From Candidatus Micrarchaeia archaeon (lineage in GTDB: Archaea > Micrarchaeota > Micrarchaeia > CABMEP01): 64,000 bases of DNA. A program made the translations under genes and the position numbers. The stretch is taken from contig JAVZPM010000001.1 of NCBI GenBank assembly GCA_038881595.1, positions 64,001 to 128,000 of the forward strand, read 5' to 3'. This document shows, piece by piece, positions 18,967 through 28,573 of this stretch (its first letter is position 1; each line of letters opens with the position of its first letter). The notes under the pieces were generated by a model. It worked only from the letters and a program-made list of their open reading frames with translations, made no database searches and was not told the DNA's origin.

Positions 18967-20508
18967 TTATTTAGGAGATTCATTATATGATTTTGCTTTT
19001 TCTAATTCATTCCTTATCTCCTTCTTCTGTTCCTTATTTCCAAACCAATACTTGAACTGAAGTTTAGCTATATTCCAATAATATCCTGGTTGAGTACTTA
19101 TCCATTCCTTTATCTTTTCCATCTTTGATTTCTTCCTGTTTTCCCAAAAATCAATGTCTTCGTTTTCTTTAATCTCTAAAAATACAACTGGATTTATTTC
19201 TATTTCCTCTTCGCAATTAGGCATTTTTCTTTTTATCAAGGCATGAATAAATTCTTCTGAATTAAATTTCCTGCCAAGGGCCTGGAAATACTTGAATGTT
19301 TCAACTTTAAGAACTAATGAATTGTAACCATATGAATAGTCGCTTATTAAATTTGAATCTATATTTGGTTGATAATGGTCGTCTTGATTTGCAAATGTTA
19401 GCAAACCTATTTTCTTTCCATGTTCCCCTGCAAAATAATTAACAACCATATGTGAAAGAGGGTGTTTGTTTTGTCCTTCTAACCTAGGTATAAATTTACT
19501 TATTGTTGGATTTCTTGCCATTCCTGATTTTACTTCGTGAAAATTGAATTGTTCTATACCATCTGCAAAATTGAAAAGTATTTTCAGAGTTTCTTTTTCA
19601 CCTATCAATTCAAAGATGGATGGATCTAATATATCTATTCCTGCATTTTGTGAGGAGGGGTGAGCTATAATTAAAGCAGCTTCAAGATTATCATGGAGAA
19701 CCTTAAGATAATTTAGATGGTTAGTATAAGGACCTGGCACTCCAACTAGGACAGGTGTTACTACACCTTCTTTTCCTTCTAACTTCTTTGAGAGGAATTC
19801 ATACTTGGCCTTCATTGCTGTTTGAATGTTCTTACAAAGAACTAAGATATGAGGTGATTTAACTCTATCTTTTACTGTTGTGGTATTCTCCCATCCTGGA
19901 ATAAAAACAATATTAGCACAAGAACACATGTTATCAATAAAGTTTAATCTTTCCTCATTATGTGTCCAATTATGCGATGTTAACGCATGAAAGTCATGAT
20001 GCCAAAGCATTGATTGAAGAAACCAGTTCTCATCTTCTGTTATTCCGTCATCCCAGACTCTCTCTCCATTAATCGAACCTATATGTGAATGTAAATTACC
20101 CCAATACTCATTTAATGGTTTCATTTCAGAATAAACTTTGATTTTTGCAATTACTTTGCGAATACTTTGGATAATTTCATTTTTATCTGAAGATTTTATA
20201 AAATGATGAAGAATTAGATCTTCTCTTTTAACACTTTTGTCTTTGGATGGATTACTGAAAAAAATATCAAGTTCATTTTTATTTTTTGCTTTTACAAAAA
20301 TAAAGAAATTAGATTTGGCACCTTTGCTTCTATTTAAAACAAGAAGATTGTTTTTTAGTATATATTTATGTTCTACAAAAAATCCACCTTCGTTATAAAG
20401 ATCCTTTCCTATTTCTATCAATGCTTTTATTAATGGCCATTCTAAATTCGTTTTGTATTTGAAAGCTTCGACTGCACTATATGGACTTTTATATTCGGTC
20501 TTACCCAT
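18967..20508 (-). CDS. PHP-family metallophosphoesterase with unknown N-terminal domain
   Basis: NLHSH, DDG, ALTSHN, PGWE, PHILV, IAHP, IEQFN, NQDDH. Confidence 0.7.
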   Translation of the reverse strand: MGKTEYKSPYSAVEAFKYKTNLEWPLIKALIEIGKDLYNEGGFFVEHKYILKNNLLVLNRSKGAKSNFFIFVKAKNKNELDIFFSNPSKDKSVKREDLILHHFIKSSDKNEIIQSIRKVIAKIKVYSEMKPLNEYWGNLHSHIGSINGERVWDDGITEDENWFLQSMLWHHDFHALTSHNWTHNEERLNFIDNMCSCANIVFIPGWENTTTVKDRVKSPHILVLCKNIQTAMKAKYEFLSKKLEGKEGVVTPVLVGVPGPYTNHLNYLKVLHDNLEAALIIAHPSSQNAGIDILDPSIFELIGEKETLKILFNFADGIEQFNFHEVKSGMARNPTISKFIPRLEGQNKHPLSHMVVNYFAGEHGKKIGLLTFANQDDHYQPNIDSNLISDYSYGYNSLVLKVETFKYFQALGRKFNSEEFIHALIKRKMPNCEEEIEINPVVFLEIKENEDIDFWENRKKSKMEKIKEWISTQPGYYWNIAKLQFKYWFGNKEQKKEIRNELEKAKSYNESPK

Positions 20509-20551
20509 AATTAAACTACAAAAAAGAGATATATAAACTTAACTAGTTGAG

Positions 20552-20728
20552 GGCTCTGTAGAAATCCTATGAAGATAAAATAAGATTTCTTTGTCATTAG
20601 AATACATAGATTATAGATGAGTGTCTTAAGCTTTATTTCCTTCTTCTTTACTTCTGTAATTTCTTAAGTCGCTCTTAAATCTTTTATCATCTTCTTATTT
20701 TCATAAGAATTTAATGAATTCTAGAGCC
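20552..20728 (-). mobile_element. Internally deleted IS5-like insertion sequence relic (MITE-sized)
   Basis: Ends GGCTCTGTAGAAATCC and ...TTCTAGAGCC; minus strand reads KKEIKLKTLIYNL...IGFLQSP, resembling an IS5-type transposase C-terminus running into the inverted repeat. Confidence 0.55.
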
Positions 20729-20824
20729 TGTTGGCAATGAATAAAATAAAAAATAAAATTAGAGTAATAATTCAAATAACGAGTTTGATTTATTTAAAAC
20801 AAAAAACTGTTAAGATATCAAATC

Positions 20825-22108
20825 TTAGAACTTATGCTTACCCCAGATCTCAATTGCTTCTCTTACTAATGGATTATTTGATTCCTCAAGCGCTATTCCT
20901 TGATCTACTGCCTCTAATACAGCTCTTGCAACAGCTGCTCCTCTTCTTGTTCCTTGAGGATGACCATGTATACCTCCTCCAGCCTGGAGGATTATATCTT
21001 TACCTAAATACTTTGTAATTACTGAAAACATTAATGGATGAAGACCTCCTGATGCAACTGGGAAGCAAGGTTTAACTCCATACCAATCCTGCCCTAATGT
21101 GAATGTTTTTTCTCTTGCAGGCACTATATTTTCTTTTAAAGCACTTACAACGTCTTGAACCTCTTCTAATCCTCCTTCCATCTTTCCAACTATTGTCCCT
21201 GCATGAAGCTGATCAAAACCAAGCATCCTTGAAAGTTTTGCAATTGTAAGCATTGATATTCCGTGTTTTGGATTTCTTGTGATTGCAGCATGACCCGCTC
21301 TGTGTTCATGAATTACTAACTTAAGTTTGTTATTTGAATCTCTCAAATCTTGCAATGCGCTCCACCCTACTGTAATTATATCAACCATCACATACTCTCC
21401 GCCATGATCCTTTACAAATTTCGCTCTTTTTTCCATTTCTTTTCCTGAAGAAGTTATATTGGGCATATATATCTTCTTTTCTCCTGTCTCTTTCTCTGCC
21501 TTATCTCTCATTTTTAAAGTTTCTTTTACTCTTTTCTCGAAATTATTGAATTTCTGACTTGCTAAATTTTCATCGTCTTTAACTATATCACATCCACCTA
21601 CCCATGCTTCATAAGCAACTTTTGCATGATCCTTAACATTTAAACCCATTTTTGGCTTAATTATTGTTCCAAGAAGAGGTCTTGTTTTAACCTTAAGTAA
21701 TTTTCTAACACCAGGTATACCAAACATTGGTCCGTCATACCATTGCATCATTTTCTTTGGAATTCTTATATCATAAAGTCTTAGATTATTTACTTCTTTC
21801 ATTCCAAATATATTTCCTGCAATACTGCTAAGCATCTGAGGAATGTTATTTGGCTCAAATGCATCTAATGGATATGCTATATCTATATATCCAGAATTTG
21901 GATCTAAATGAAAAACGTAAGCTGCTAATTTCTTAATGTATGGCTTTGAAGTCTGAACATCTGTCCATGTTCCTATACTTGATTCTGCTGCAACTGCGCT
22001 AGCTGCTCTCTCAAATGAAACTCCATATCTTGGTTCCATATAAAACCTACATATTAAATCATCTTTAGATGGAGTATATTTCAAATCTATATATCCTTCA
22101 TACGCCAT
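20825..22108 (-). CDS. rbcL: RuBisCO large subunit, form III-type
   Basis: AAESSIGTW, GNIFGM, IIKPKMG, GCDIVKDDE, HEHRAGH, LHAGTIVGKMEG, ASGG, QAGGGIHGHP; start MAYEG at 22108 after GGTGAT. Confidence 0.95.
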   Translation of the reverse strand: MAYEGYIDLKYTPSKDDLICRFYMEPRYGVSFERAASAVAAESSIGTWTDVQTSKPYIKKLAAYVFHLDPNSGYIDIAYPLDAFEPNNIPQMLSSIAGNIFGMKEVNNLRLYDIRIPKKMMQWYDGPMFGIPGVRKLLKVKTRPLLGTIIKPKMGLNVKDHAKVAYEAWVGGCDIVKDDENLASQKFNNFEKRVKETLKMRDKAEKETGEKKIYMPNITSSGKEMEKRAKFVKDHGGEYVMVDIITVGWSALQDLRDSNNKLKLVIHEHRAGHAAITRNPKHGISMLTIAKLSRMLGFDQLHAGTIVGKMEGGLEEVQDVVSALKENIVPAREKTFTLGQDWYGVKPCFPVASGGLHPLMFSVITKYLGKDIILQAGGGIHGHPQGTRRGAAVARAVLEAVDQGIALEESNNPLVREAIEIWGKHKF

Positions 22109-22207
22109 AGGATCACCATATTGTTTGAAACAATTGTTTATTATATTACTGTTTTTAAATATTCTCTGACTAATTATATTAAAGCTTATATTTTTAAAGG
22201 TGTTATC

Positions 22208-23680
22208 ATGGCAATGGCTGGAAGAGAATTTGACAAAGACAAGGACAAAAACTTCAGTGAATGGTATAATACAGTTATCTATGCAGCAGATTTGATTGAC
22301 AATAGATACAATGTACAGGGATTTATTGTTCACAAGCCATGGGCAATGAGAATATTCAAAAAATTATATGCATTATTTGAAGCAGAACTTGAGAAAGATG
22401 GCCATGAACCAACACTCTTCCCTACAGTAATTCCTGAAGAAAACTTTGAAATTGAAAAAGAACATGCAGAAGGTTTTGTTCCAAATGTATTTTGGATAAC
22501 TGAAAAAGGTACTGAAAAATTAAACAGAAAGCTTGCACTCAGACCAACAAGTGAAACTGCAATGTATCATATGTATTCTTTATGGGTAAGAGATTATACA
22601 GATTTACCTATCAAATTATACCAGAGCTGTACTGTATTTAGAAATGAGGCAGAAACAAGTCCTTTCTTTAGAGGAAGAGAATTCCTTTGGATAGAAGCAC
22701 ATGATGCCTTTGCAACAGAAAAGGAAGCAAGAGAACAAGTAATAAAAGATATGATGATATCAACAAAAGTAATTAAAGAACAACTTGGAATAGAATGTAT
22801 GTTCTTCCAAAGGCCGAAATGGGATACATTCCCTGGTGCAGAACATACATATGCAACTGATGTACTGTTGCCAGATGGAAAAACGCTTCAGATTGCAAGT
22901 ACCCATTATCTTGGACAGAATTTTGCAAAGGGATTTAATATTAAATTTAAAGACAAGGATAACAACGAACTCCATGCCTATCAGACATGTTATGGACCAG
23001 GAATATGGAGAATAATGGCTGCAATTATATCAATTCATGGCGATAACAGAGGATTAGTTATTCCTCCTTCTGTAGCACCCTTAGATGTAGTAATAGTTCC
23101 TATAGTAAAGAGTGGAGCTAATAATGAATTAATAATAGAGAAATGCAAAGACATTAAAAAGAAACTAGAAAACAAAGGATATAAAGTGATATTAGATGAA
23201 AGAGACAAAACACCAGGTTACAAATATGCTGACTGGGAGCTTAGAGGAGTGCCATTCAGAATAGAGATCGGAGAAAAAGAAGTTAATGAAAAATTTGTCA
23301 CTCTTGTTCCAAGAGATGAAAGAACAAGAAAAAGAATAGATGACAAAGATCTACTTGAAATTGTAGAAGAAGAAAAAGAACAGATGATAAATAGATTGAA
23401 GCAGAAATCAATATCTAAATTAGAGGGAAAAATAAAGAATGCAGAAACTATCCAAGAGATTAAGAACATACTTGACAACGACAAGGCATATGCGAGAGTT
23501 AATATATGTTCTATTGATTCTGATGGAAAAGAATGTGGAGACATAATACAATATGAAACAAAAGGTGGAAAGGTAAGAGGAACACTCGTTGGAAAGAAAG
23601 AAGAACCTTTTGGGAACAAGAAATGTGTTGTTTGTGGTAAGCCTGCAAAACATGTAGTGTACGTAGCAAGGCAATATTAA
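22208..23680 (+). CDS. proS: Prolyl-tRNA synthetase (archaeal/eukaryotic type)
   Basis: NFSEWY, LALRPTSET, FFRGREFLW.EAH, HYLGQNF, WELRGVP, C-terminal CVVCGKPA...ARQY. Confidence 0.96.
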   Translation: MAMAGREFDKDKDKNFSEWYNTVIYAADLIDNRYNVQGFIVHKPWAMRIFKKLYALFEAELEKDGHEPTLFPTVIPEENFEIEKEHAEGFVPNVFWITEKGTEKLNRKLALRPTSETAMYHMYSLWVRDYTDLPIKLYQSCTVFRNEAETSPFFRGREFLWIEAHDAFATEKEAREQVIKDMMISTKVIKEQLGIECMFFQRPKWDTFPGAEHTYATDVLLPDGKTLQIASTHYLGQNFAKGFNIKFKDKDNNELHAYQTCYGPGIWRIMAAIISIHGDNRGLVIPPSVAPLDVVIVPIVKSGANNELIIEKCKDIKKKLENKGYKVILDERDKTPGYKYADWELRGVPFRIEIGEKEVNEKFVTLVPRDERTRKRIDDKDLLEIVEEEKEQMINRLKQKSISKLEGKIKNAETIQEIKNILDNDKAYARVNICSIDSDGKECGDIIQYETKGGKVRGTLVGKKEEPFGNKKCVVCGKPAKHVVYVARQY

Positions 23681-23702
23681 AATTCAAGAATAAGGTGTAA
23701 TT

Positions 23703-23849
23703 ATGAGAAGCCCATGTCCAAATAAAAAAGAAAATGAAAAAGATTGTCCTTGTCCTGAAATTGATTGCCCCAGGCATGGAATCTGTTGTGAATGTATAAG
23801 ATTTCATAAAAACAATAAACAGTGGCCAAAACCTGCATGTTTCAGATAA
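23703..23849 (+). CDS. Small Cys-rich protein (DUF6485-like), not in ORF track
   Basis: MRSPCPNKKENEKDCPCPEIDCPRHGICCECIRFHKNNKQWPKPACFR, 48 aa, AAGGTG RBS upstream. Confidence 0.75.
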   Translation: MRSPCPNKKENEKDCPCPEIDCPRHGICCECIRFHKNNKQWPKPACFR

Positions 23850-23903
23850 ATTTATTAAATCAGCACGCTATTTTATAATACAATTATAAATTTAAATTAA
23901 CTT

Positions 23904-23976
23904 AGCCCCGTCGTCTAGCGGTCAAGGATACGAGGCTCTGGACCTCGTGACATCGGTTCGAATCCGGTCGGGGCTA
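23904..23976 (+). tRNA. trnQ: tRNA-Gln(CTG)
   Basis: AGCCCCG/CGGGGCT-A with archaeal A1-U72; CGAGG-CT CTG GA-CCTCG. Confidence 0.95.
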
Positions 23977-24048
23977 TATTTAATGATAAAATTAAAAGTG
24001 TATCAAACCAATAACAAGTTGTTATTTAAAATATATTAAAGTGGGTTT

Positions 24049-24837
24049 ATGGAAATTAGTAAAAAATTTAATTTAAAGGACTTTGTATTATCTTGGAAAG
24101 AAAGTGAATCAAAAAAAGATTTTTGGACTATCTTTATGATAATTCTAGTTAGTTCGATATTAAATTATATAATTGGTGTTATTGGTATTTTATTAGGTAT
24201 TTTTGTTAATTTGTATGTTCAACTCGAATTCTATATAAATAGAATACTTTATAATGCTTTAATCTCGCTTAACTATAAACCAAACGAAATAAAATTCAGT
24301 GAATTTCTAAAATTAATTATTATGATGTGCATAGGTGTTCTAATTCCTTTCTGGACCGGCATTTATGCCATAATTCCTTTGTTACTCTTAATAATATCAT
24401 TATTTCTTAGTAAAAGTATAATTATAATAGGTGGATTCCTATTATGGATTGCATTTGTGATTTCTTTCCTCATAGTTATTTTCTATAATGGATTAAGACT
24501 TTATTTAGTATTTCCAATCTATGTTAATTTGGAAAAGAGAACAGTGATTGATGCAATAAAAGAAAGCTGGTTACTTACAAAAGGAAAAGTGTTAAAAGTA
24601 ATTTTATACGAACTTAAAACAATATGGTACACTATCCTCCAAGTATGGATTTATCTCCTTGTTGCGATTTTAGTACTTTTACTATCGATCAGCTCATTTA
24701 ATTCAAATTTAGGAAATGAGTTTTTGATTTTGGCAATTTTTTATGTTCTACTAACATATATCTCAGTAGTAGCTCTCTTCACTAGATCTTTTGTTCAAGC
24801 AGGGGCATATCATGAATTGGTAAATCAGCCTAAATGA
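24049..24837 (+). CDS. Polytopic membrane protein
   Basis: Several long hydrophobic segments, DAIKESWLLTKG motif. Confidence 0.7.
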   Translation: MEISKKFNLKDFVLSWKESESKKDFWTIFMIILVSSILNYIIGVIGILLGIFVNLYVQLEFYINRILYNALISLNYKPNEIKFSEFLKLIIMMCIGVLIPFWTGIYAIIPLLLLIISLFLSKSIIIIGGFLLWIAFVISFLIVIFYNGLRLYLVFPIYVNLEKRTVIDAIKESWLLTKGKVLKVILYELKTIWYTILQVWIYLLVAILVLLLSISSFNSNLGNEFLILAIFYVLLTYISVVALFTRSFVQAGAYHELVNQPK

Positions 24838-25559
24838 AACTTTAAACAATCTGTAACTATATGTTGCATTTCGATTGGAGAAGAAAATCCAAATTCTTTA
24901 TATCGCTGATGAAGAATTGAATGGAATGCAAAATGGGGAACTGTAATAACATAATTTGACCAATCAAATGTAACTGGTTTTGGTGCTACTTTTCCTTGAT
25001 AAACAGATCGGAATAGACCACTGTTTTCAATTTTATCTCTTGGGACAAATGCTCTTTCTGTTGGATTGTGAATAAATGAAAATGAAAATTTATGGGAAAC
25101 TTTATTTCCACCAATCAGATCTATGCCTTCTTTTATAATATTGTCAACATTTATGCTAATTTTATTTCCTTCAGTAATTACTTTATATTCTTCTTTCTTA
25201 AATTCTATCTGATAAAGAAATAAGTTATATTCTTTATCCTCTTTTTTGACAAATCCATGAGCAAGAAGCATAAGTGAACCATTGTTAAAAGATACTACTC
25301 TCAACCATCCTGACGCCCAATCACTCCTTAGCTTCTGACCATCAACTATAATAGACTGATAAAAATTTGAAGGCAGTTGAAGCTGCATTCTTGGCTCAAA
25401 CCAAATCCCATACATCTTTGGAAAATCTGGAGTTGAAAATGCAATACCTTTGAATTCCTCATTTTTCTTTGAATTTTCTATATGCTCTGAAATTCTTGAA
25501 AAAAAAGAATCGACTCTTTTTCTATGTTCATCATCAAGCTTACTGCATATCTCACACAT
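24825..25559 (-). CDS. Hypothetical soluble protein
   Basis: 244-aa ORF with N-terminal CxxC; no family recognised. Confidence 0.65.
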   Translation of the reverse strand: MCEICSKLDDEHRKRVDSFFSRISEHIENSKKNEEFKGIAFSTPDFPKMYGIWFEPRMQLQLPSNFYQSIIVDGQKLRSDWASGWLRVVSFNNGSLMLLAHGFVKKEDKEYNLFLYQIEFKKEEYKVITEGNKISINVDNIIKEGIDLIGGNKVSHKFSFSFIHNPTERAFVPRDKIENSGLFRSVYQGKVAPKPVTFDWSNYVITVPHFAFHSILHQRYKEFGFSSPIEMQHIVTDCLKFHLG

Positions 25560-25622
25560 AAACTCAATTTCATAAATAAATTTAAAATACTGTCATTAAA
25601 ACAATTAATAAAAGGTGAAACA

Positions 25623-26537
25623 ATGGTTGACATACTTCATAATATAGGGAATACTCCTTTAGTCAAACTTGAAAAATTTAGCAATAACTCAAATATTTAT
25701 GCAAAGCTTGAATACCTCAATCCAAGCGGAAGTTTAAAAGACAGAATTGCTCATGAAATGATTCATAAAGCTGAAGAAAGAGGTGAATTAAAGAAAGGAA
25801 TGAAAATAATAGAAGCCACATCTGGAAATACTGGGATATCATTTGCAATGGTTTCTGCTGCATTAGGATATGAATTTATTGCAATAATGCCTGAAAATGT
25901 AACAAAAGAAAGGAGACAGATGATAGAGGCATTTGGAGGAAAGGTAATACTTACTCCTGCAAAAGATGAAATGTTTGGACCTGTAAAAAAGCTTGAAGAA
26001 ATGAAGATTAAATTTAAAGATAAAGCATGGTTTCCATCTCAGTTTGAAAATCCCGATAACTTTAAAGCGCATTATAAAACTGGCAATGAACTTATACAGC
26101 AAATGAAAAAAAATGGTAAAATTGATGTGTTTGTTATGGGGGTAGGAACTGGTGGAACTATAAGGGGAGTAGCAACTGTACTGAAGAAAAAATACAAAGA
26201 TGTAAAAATAATTGCAGTTGAACCACGAGAATGTGCAGCATTAAGTGGAGGAAAGATAGGACATCATGATATTCAAGGTATAGGTGAAGGATTTGTACCT
26301 AAAATATTTGATTACGATCTTATCGACGAAATAATTACTGTAAGAAGCAAGGATGCAATAAAATATTCGAAAGAGCTTGCAAAAAGAGAGGGGCTTCTTT
26401 GCGGAATCTCTTCAGGTGCAAACTTAGTAGCATGTATCGAGCTTCAGAAAAGAAAGGAAATGAAAGGGAAAAATATAATTACAATACTCTGTGACAGAGG
26501 CGAGAGATATTTAAGCATGGGCATCTGGAAGGGATAA
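25623..26537 (+). CDS. cysK: Cysteine synthase A
   Basis: IGNTPLV, KLEYLNPSGSLKDR, EATSGNTG, GVGTGGT, IQGIG, GISSGA, DRGERYLS; start MVDI at 25623. Confidence 0.93.
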   Translation: MVDILHNIGNTPLVKLEKFSNNSNIYAKLEYLNPSGSLKDRIAHEMIHKAEERGELKKGMKIIEATSGNTGISFAMVSAALGYEFIAIMPENVTKERRQMIEAFGGKVILTPAKDEMFGPVKKLEEMKIKFKDKAWFPSQFENPDNFKAHYKTGNELIQQMKKNGKIDVFVMGVGTGGTIRGVATVLKKKYKDVKIIAVEPRECAALSGGKIGHHDIQGIGEGFVPKIFDYDLIDEIITVRSKDAIKYSKELAKREGLLCGISSGANLVACIELQKRKEMKGKNIITILCDRGERYLSMGIWKG

Positions 26538-26591
26538 ATAAAAAAGAAGGAAAATGAATACTGAAAGCAAATAAACATATATGCTAATTGA

Positions 26592-27380
26592 CTACTTCTT
26601 TCCTTTTTCTTTTGTTTCTTTATCAGATTCACTTGATTCTCCTTTCTTTGCTAATCCTTTCATTGCCTCTAACAGCTCGATCGGTGTAACAAATATTATG
26701 GAGTTACCGTCGTAAGATGCAACGTTAGATATAGTCAGTAGTGTTTTAAGATGCAAACCGCCAGGAGTGGATGAAAGGAGCTTTGCTGCATCAGATACTT
26801 TCTGTGCTGCTGCGAATTCTGCTTCACTCTCGATTATCTTTGCTCTCTTGTCTCTTTCAGCCTCTGCTTGTTTTGCCATCACTCTTTTCATATCTGCTGG
26901 CAACTCAATATCCTGGATCTTTATGTTTGTAATATCCACTCCCCATTCACTTGTTTCCTTGTCAACTATTGATTTTATTTCATCCGCAACCTCGTCTCTG
27001 TTTGTAAGTATTGCATCTAGTTCTTTGCCACCGATTACATCTCTCAAAGCAGTCTGGGCATATTGAGATATAGCATAATGATAATTCTCTATCTCAAGGA
27101 TTGCCTTCTTTGAATCCTCAACTCTGTAGAAGACCACGCCATTTACACCCAATGGAACATTATCTTTAGTCATTACCTCTTGCTTTGGAATATCTATTGT
27201 TGTAATTCTCTTGTCAACATATCTAATCTCTTCTATGAACGGCACCACAAAGTTCAAGCCCGGTTCTGCTAATCTAGCAAACTTACCAAGCCTAAATACA
27301 ATTCCCTCTTGATATTGCATAACGATCTTGATAGATAGAATTACGATTATTATCAAAACAAAGAAGATCCATTCCAACAT
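26592..27380 (-). CDS. SPFH/stomatin (slipin) family protein
   Basis: VFRLGK, PGLNFVVP, QEVMTKDNV, AQTALRDVIG, QAEAER. Confidence 0.93.
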   Translation of the reverse strand: MLEWIFFVLIIIVILSIKIVMQYQEGIVFRLGKFARLAEPGLNFVVPFIEEIRYVDKRITTIDIPKQEVMTKDNVPLGVNGVVFYRVEDSKKAILEIENYHYAISQYAQTALRDVIGGKELDAILTNRDEVADEIKSIVDKETSEWGVDITNIKIQDIELPADMKRVMAKQAEAERDKRAKIIESEAEFAAAQKVSDAAKLLSSTPGGLHLKTLLTISNVASYDGNSIIFVTPIELLEAMKGLAKKGESSESDKETKEKGKK

Positions 27381-27407
27381 AAAATCACCTTTTTTGGCGA
27401 CGCGTGT

Positions 27408-27721
27408 TTATTTCTTTGTCACTTTCTCTTCCTTCATAACATATTTTGCAATCATAAGATTACAAATGCAATTATGATGAAGTTTATCAATGCACTCAGA
27501 AATGCTCCCAACTATTTGTATTGGAGCAAGTGCAAATTTTGCAGTTTGCCCTCTACGTTTGGAAGAAGCACATCGAAAATCGACATTATTATGTTATTCA
27601 CAAGAGATTGAACTAGAATTGTTATTGCTCCGCCTATTATGAAAGCAACTGCAAGACCCATAAATTTATATTCGTTAAGGAAATCCTTAAATTCAGATAT
27701 CAATGACATTACATCACTCAT
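27408..27721 (-). pseudogene. mscL: Large-conductance mechanosensitive channel MscL, multiply frameshifted
   Basis: EFKDFL...GLAVAFIIG...LVQSLVNNIIM, then pieces QTAKFALAPIQI, GAFLSALINFIIIAFVI and MIAKYVMKEEKVTKK* in different frames. Confidence 0.85.
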
Positions 27722-27732
27722 AAATAGAAAAA

Positions 27733-28446
27733 TTATTCTTTCTTAGATTTTGTTTTTTCAGTCTTCTGCCCTTCCAATGACTTCCTGGATACAAGCTCAT
27801 ATTCTTCATTGAATTTTATTTTGTTTACTTCATTTATCTCTCTTATCCAGGAAAGGAATGTTTGTTTTCTGAATATGTAGTTCTCAGAAGGATCTGCTTT
27901 TGTTTCCACAATCACAGTATCTTTATCAAGCTTGACAGAACCAGTCAATCCAGAATCTTCGAATAATGCATTTACTCTTTTTTCTGGAGTATCTAATATG
28001 TCTTCAACCTTTAGTTTATATTTCAATGTCTTTCCTGCCAATGGATGATTAAAGTCAACTATTACTCTTCCTGCACCCACTGATCTGACCATTCCGTCTC
28101 TTCCATTTACATTTACAATCATTCCTGGAACTGGGTTGATTCTCTGTTTTTCAAAATGTGAAAATGGTATTACGTTTATAAGATCATTGTTCATAGGTCC
28201 AAATGCCTTTTCAGGAGGAATTATTATTTCCTTTTCTTCACCTTTTTCCATACCTACTAAAGCCTCATCCAATCCTCTTATGACCTGTTGTCTTCCAACT
28301 ATCAAGAGAACTGGTGCATATACCACTCTTTCATTGTAAATTCCTTTTTCCTTTGCAAGTTTTTCATCAGTAGTATCAAATACTGATCCGTCCTCTAGCA
28401 TTCCTGTATAACTCAACTTTATGAAATCTCCTATTTGTATTGCCAT
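27733..28446 (-). CDS. slyD: FKBP-type peptidyl-prolyl isomerase (SlyD, long archaeal type)
   Basis: GDFIKLSYTG...VFDTT, GLDEAL, PEKAFG, VDFNHPLAGKTL. Confidence 0.93.
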   Translation of the reverse strand: MAIQIGDFIKLSYTGMLEDGSVFDTTDEKLAKEKGIYNERVVYAPVLLIVGRQQVIRGLDEALVGMEKGEEKEIIIPPEKAFGPMNNDLINVIPFSHFEKQRINPVPGMIVNVNGRDGMVRSVGAGRVIVDFNHPLAGKTLKYKLKVEDILDTPEKRVNALFEDSGLTGSVKLDKDTVIVETKADPSENYIFRKQTFLSWIREINEVNKIKFNEEYELVSRKSLEGQKTEKTKSKKE

Positions 28447-28573
28447 ATTATCCCTCTCTAGCAAATAATAATTTGCAGATAATAAGAATAAGATATATAT
28501 GGTGTTAAGCCTTTTAAATCTTTAAAGACTAATATTTTTACTCATTTATCCTATAATTAAAGGAAGTGATCAA

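Noticed and set aside
22109..22333. N-terminal extensions making rbcL and proS overlap
   Set aside because: RBS-supported starts at 22108 and 22208 remove the overlap.
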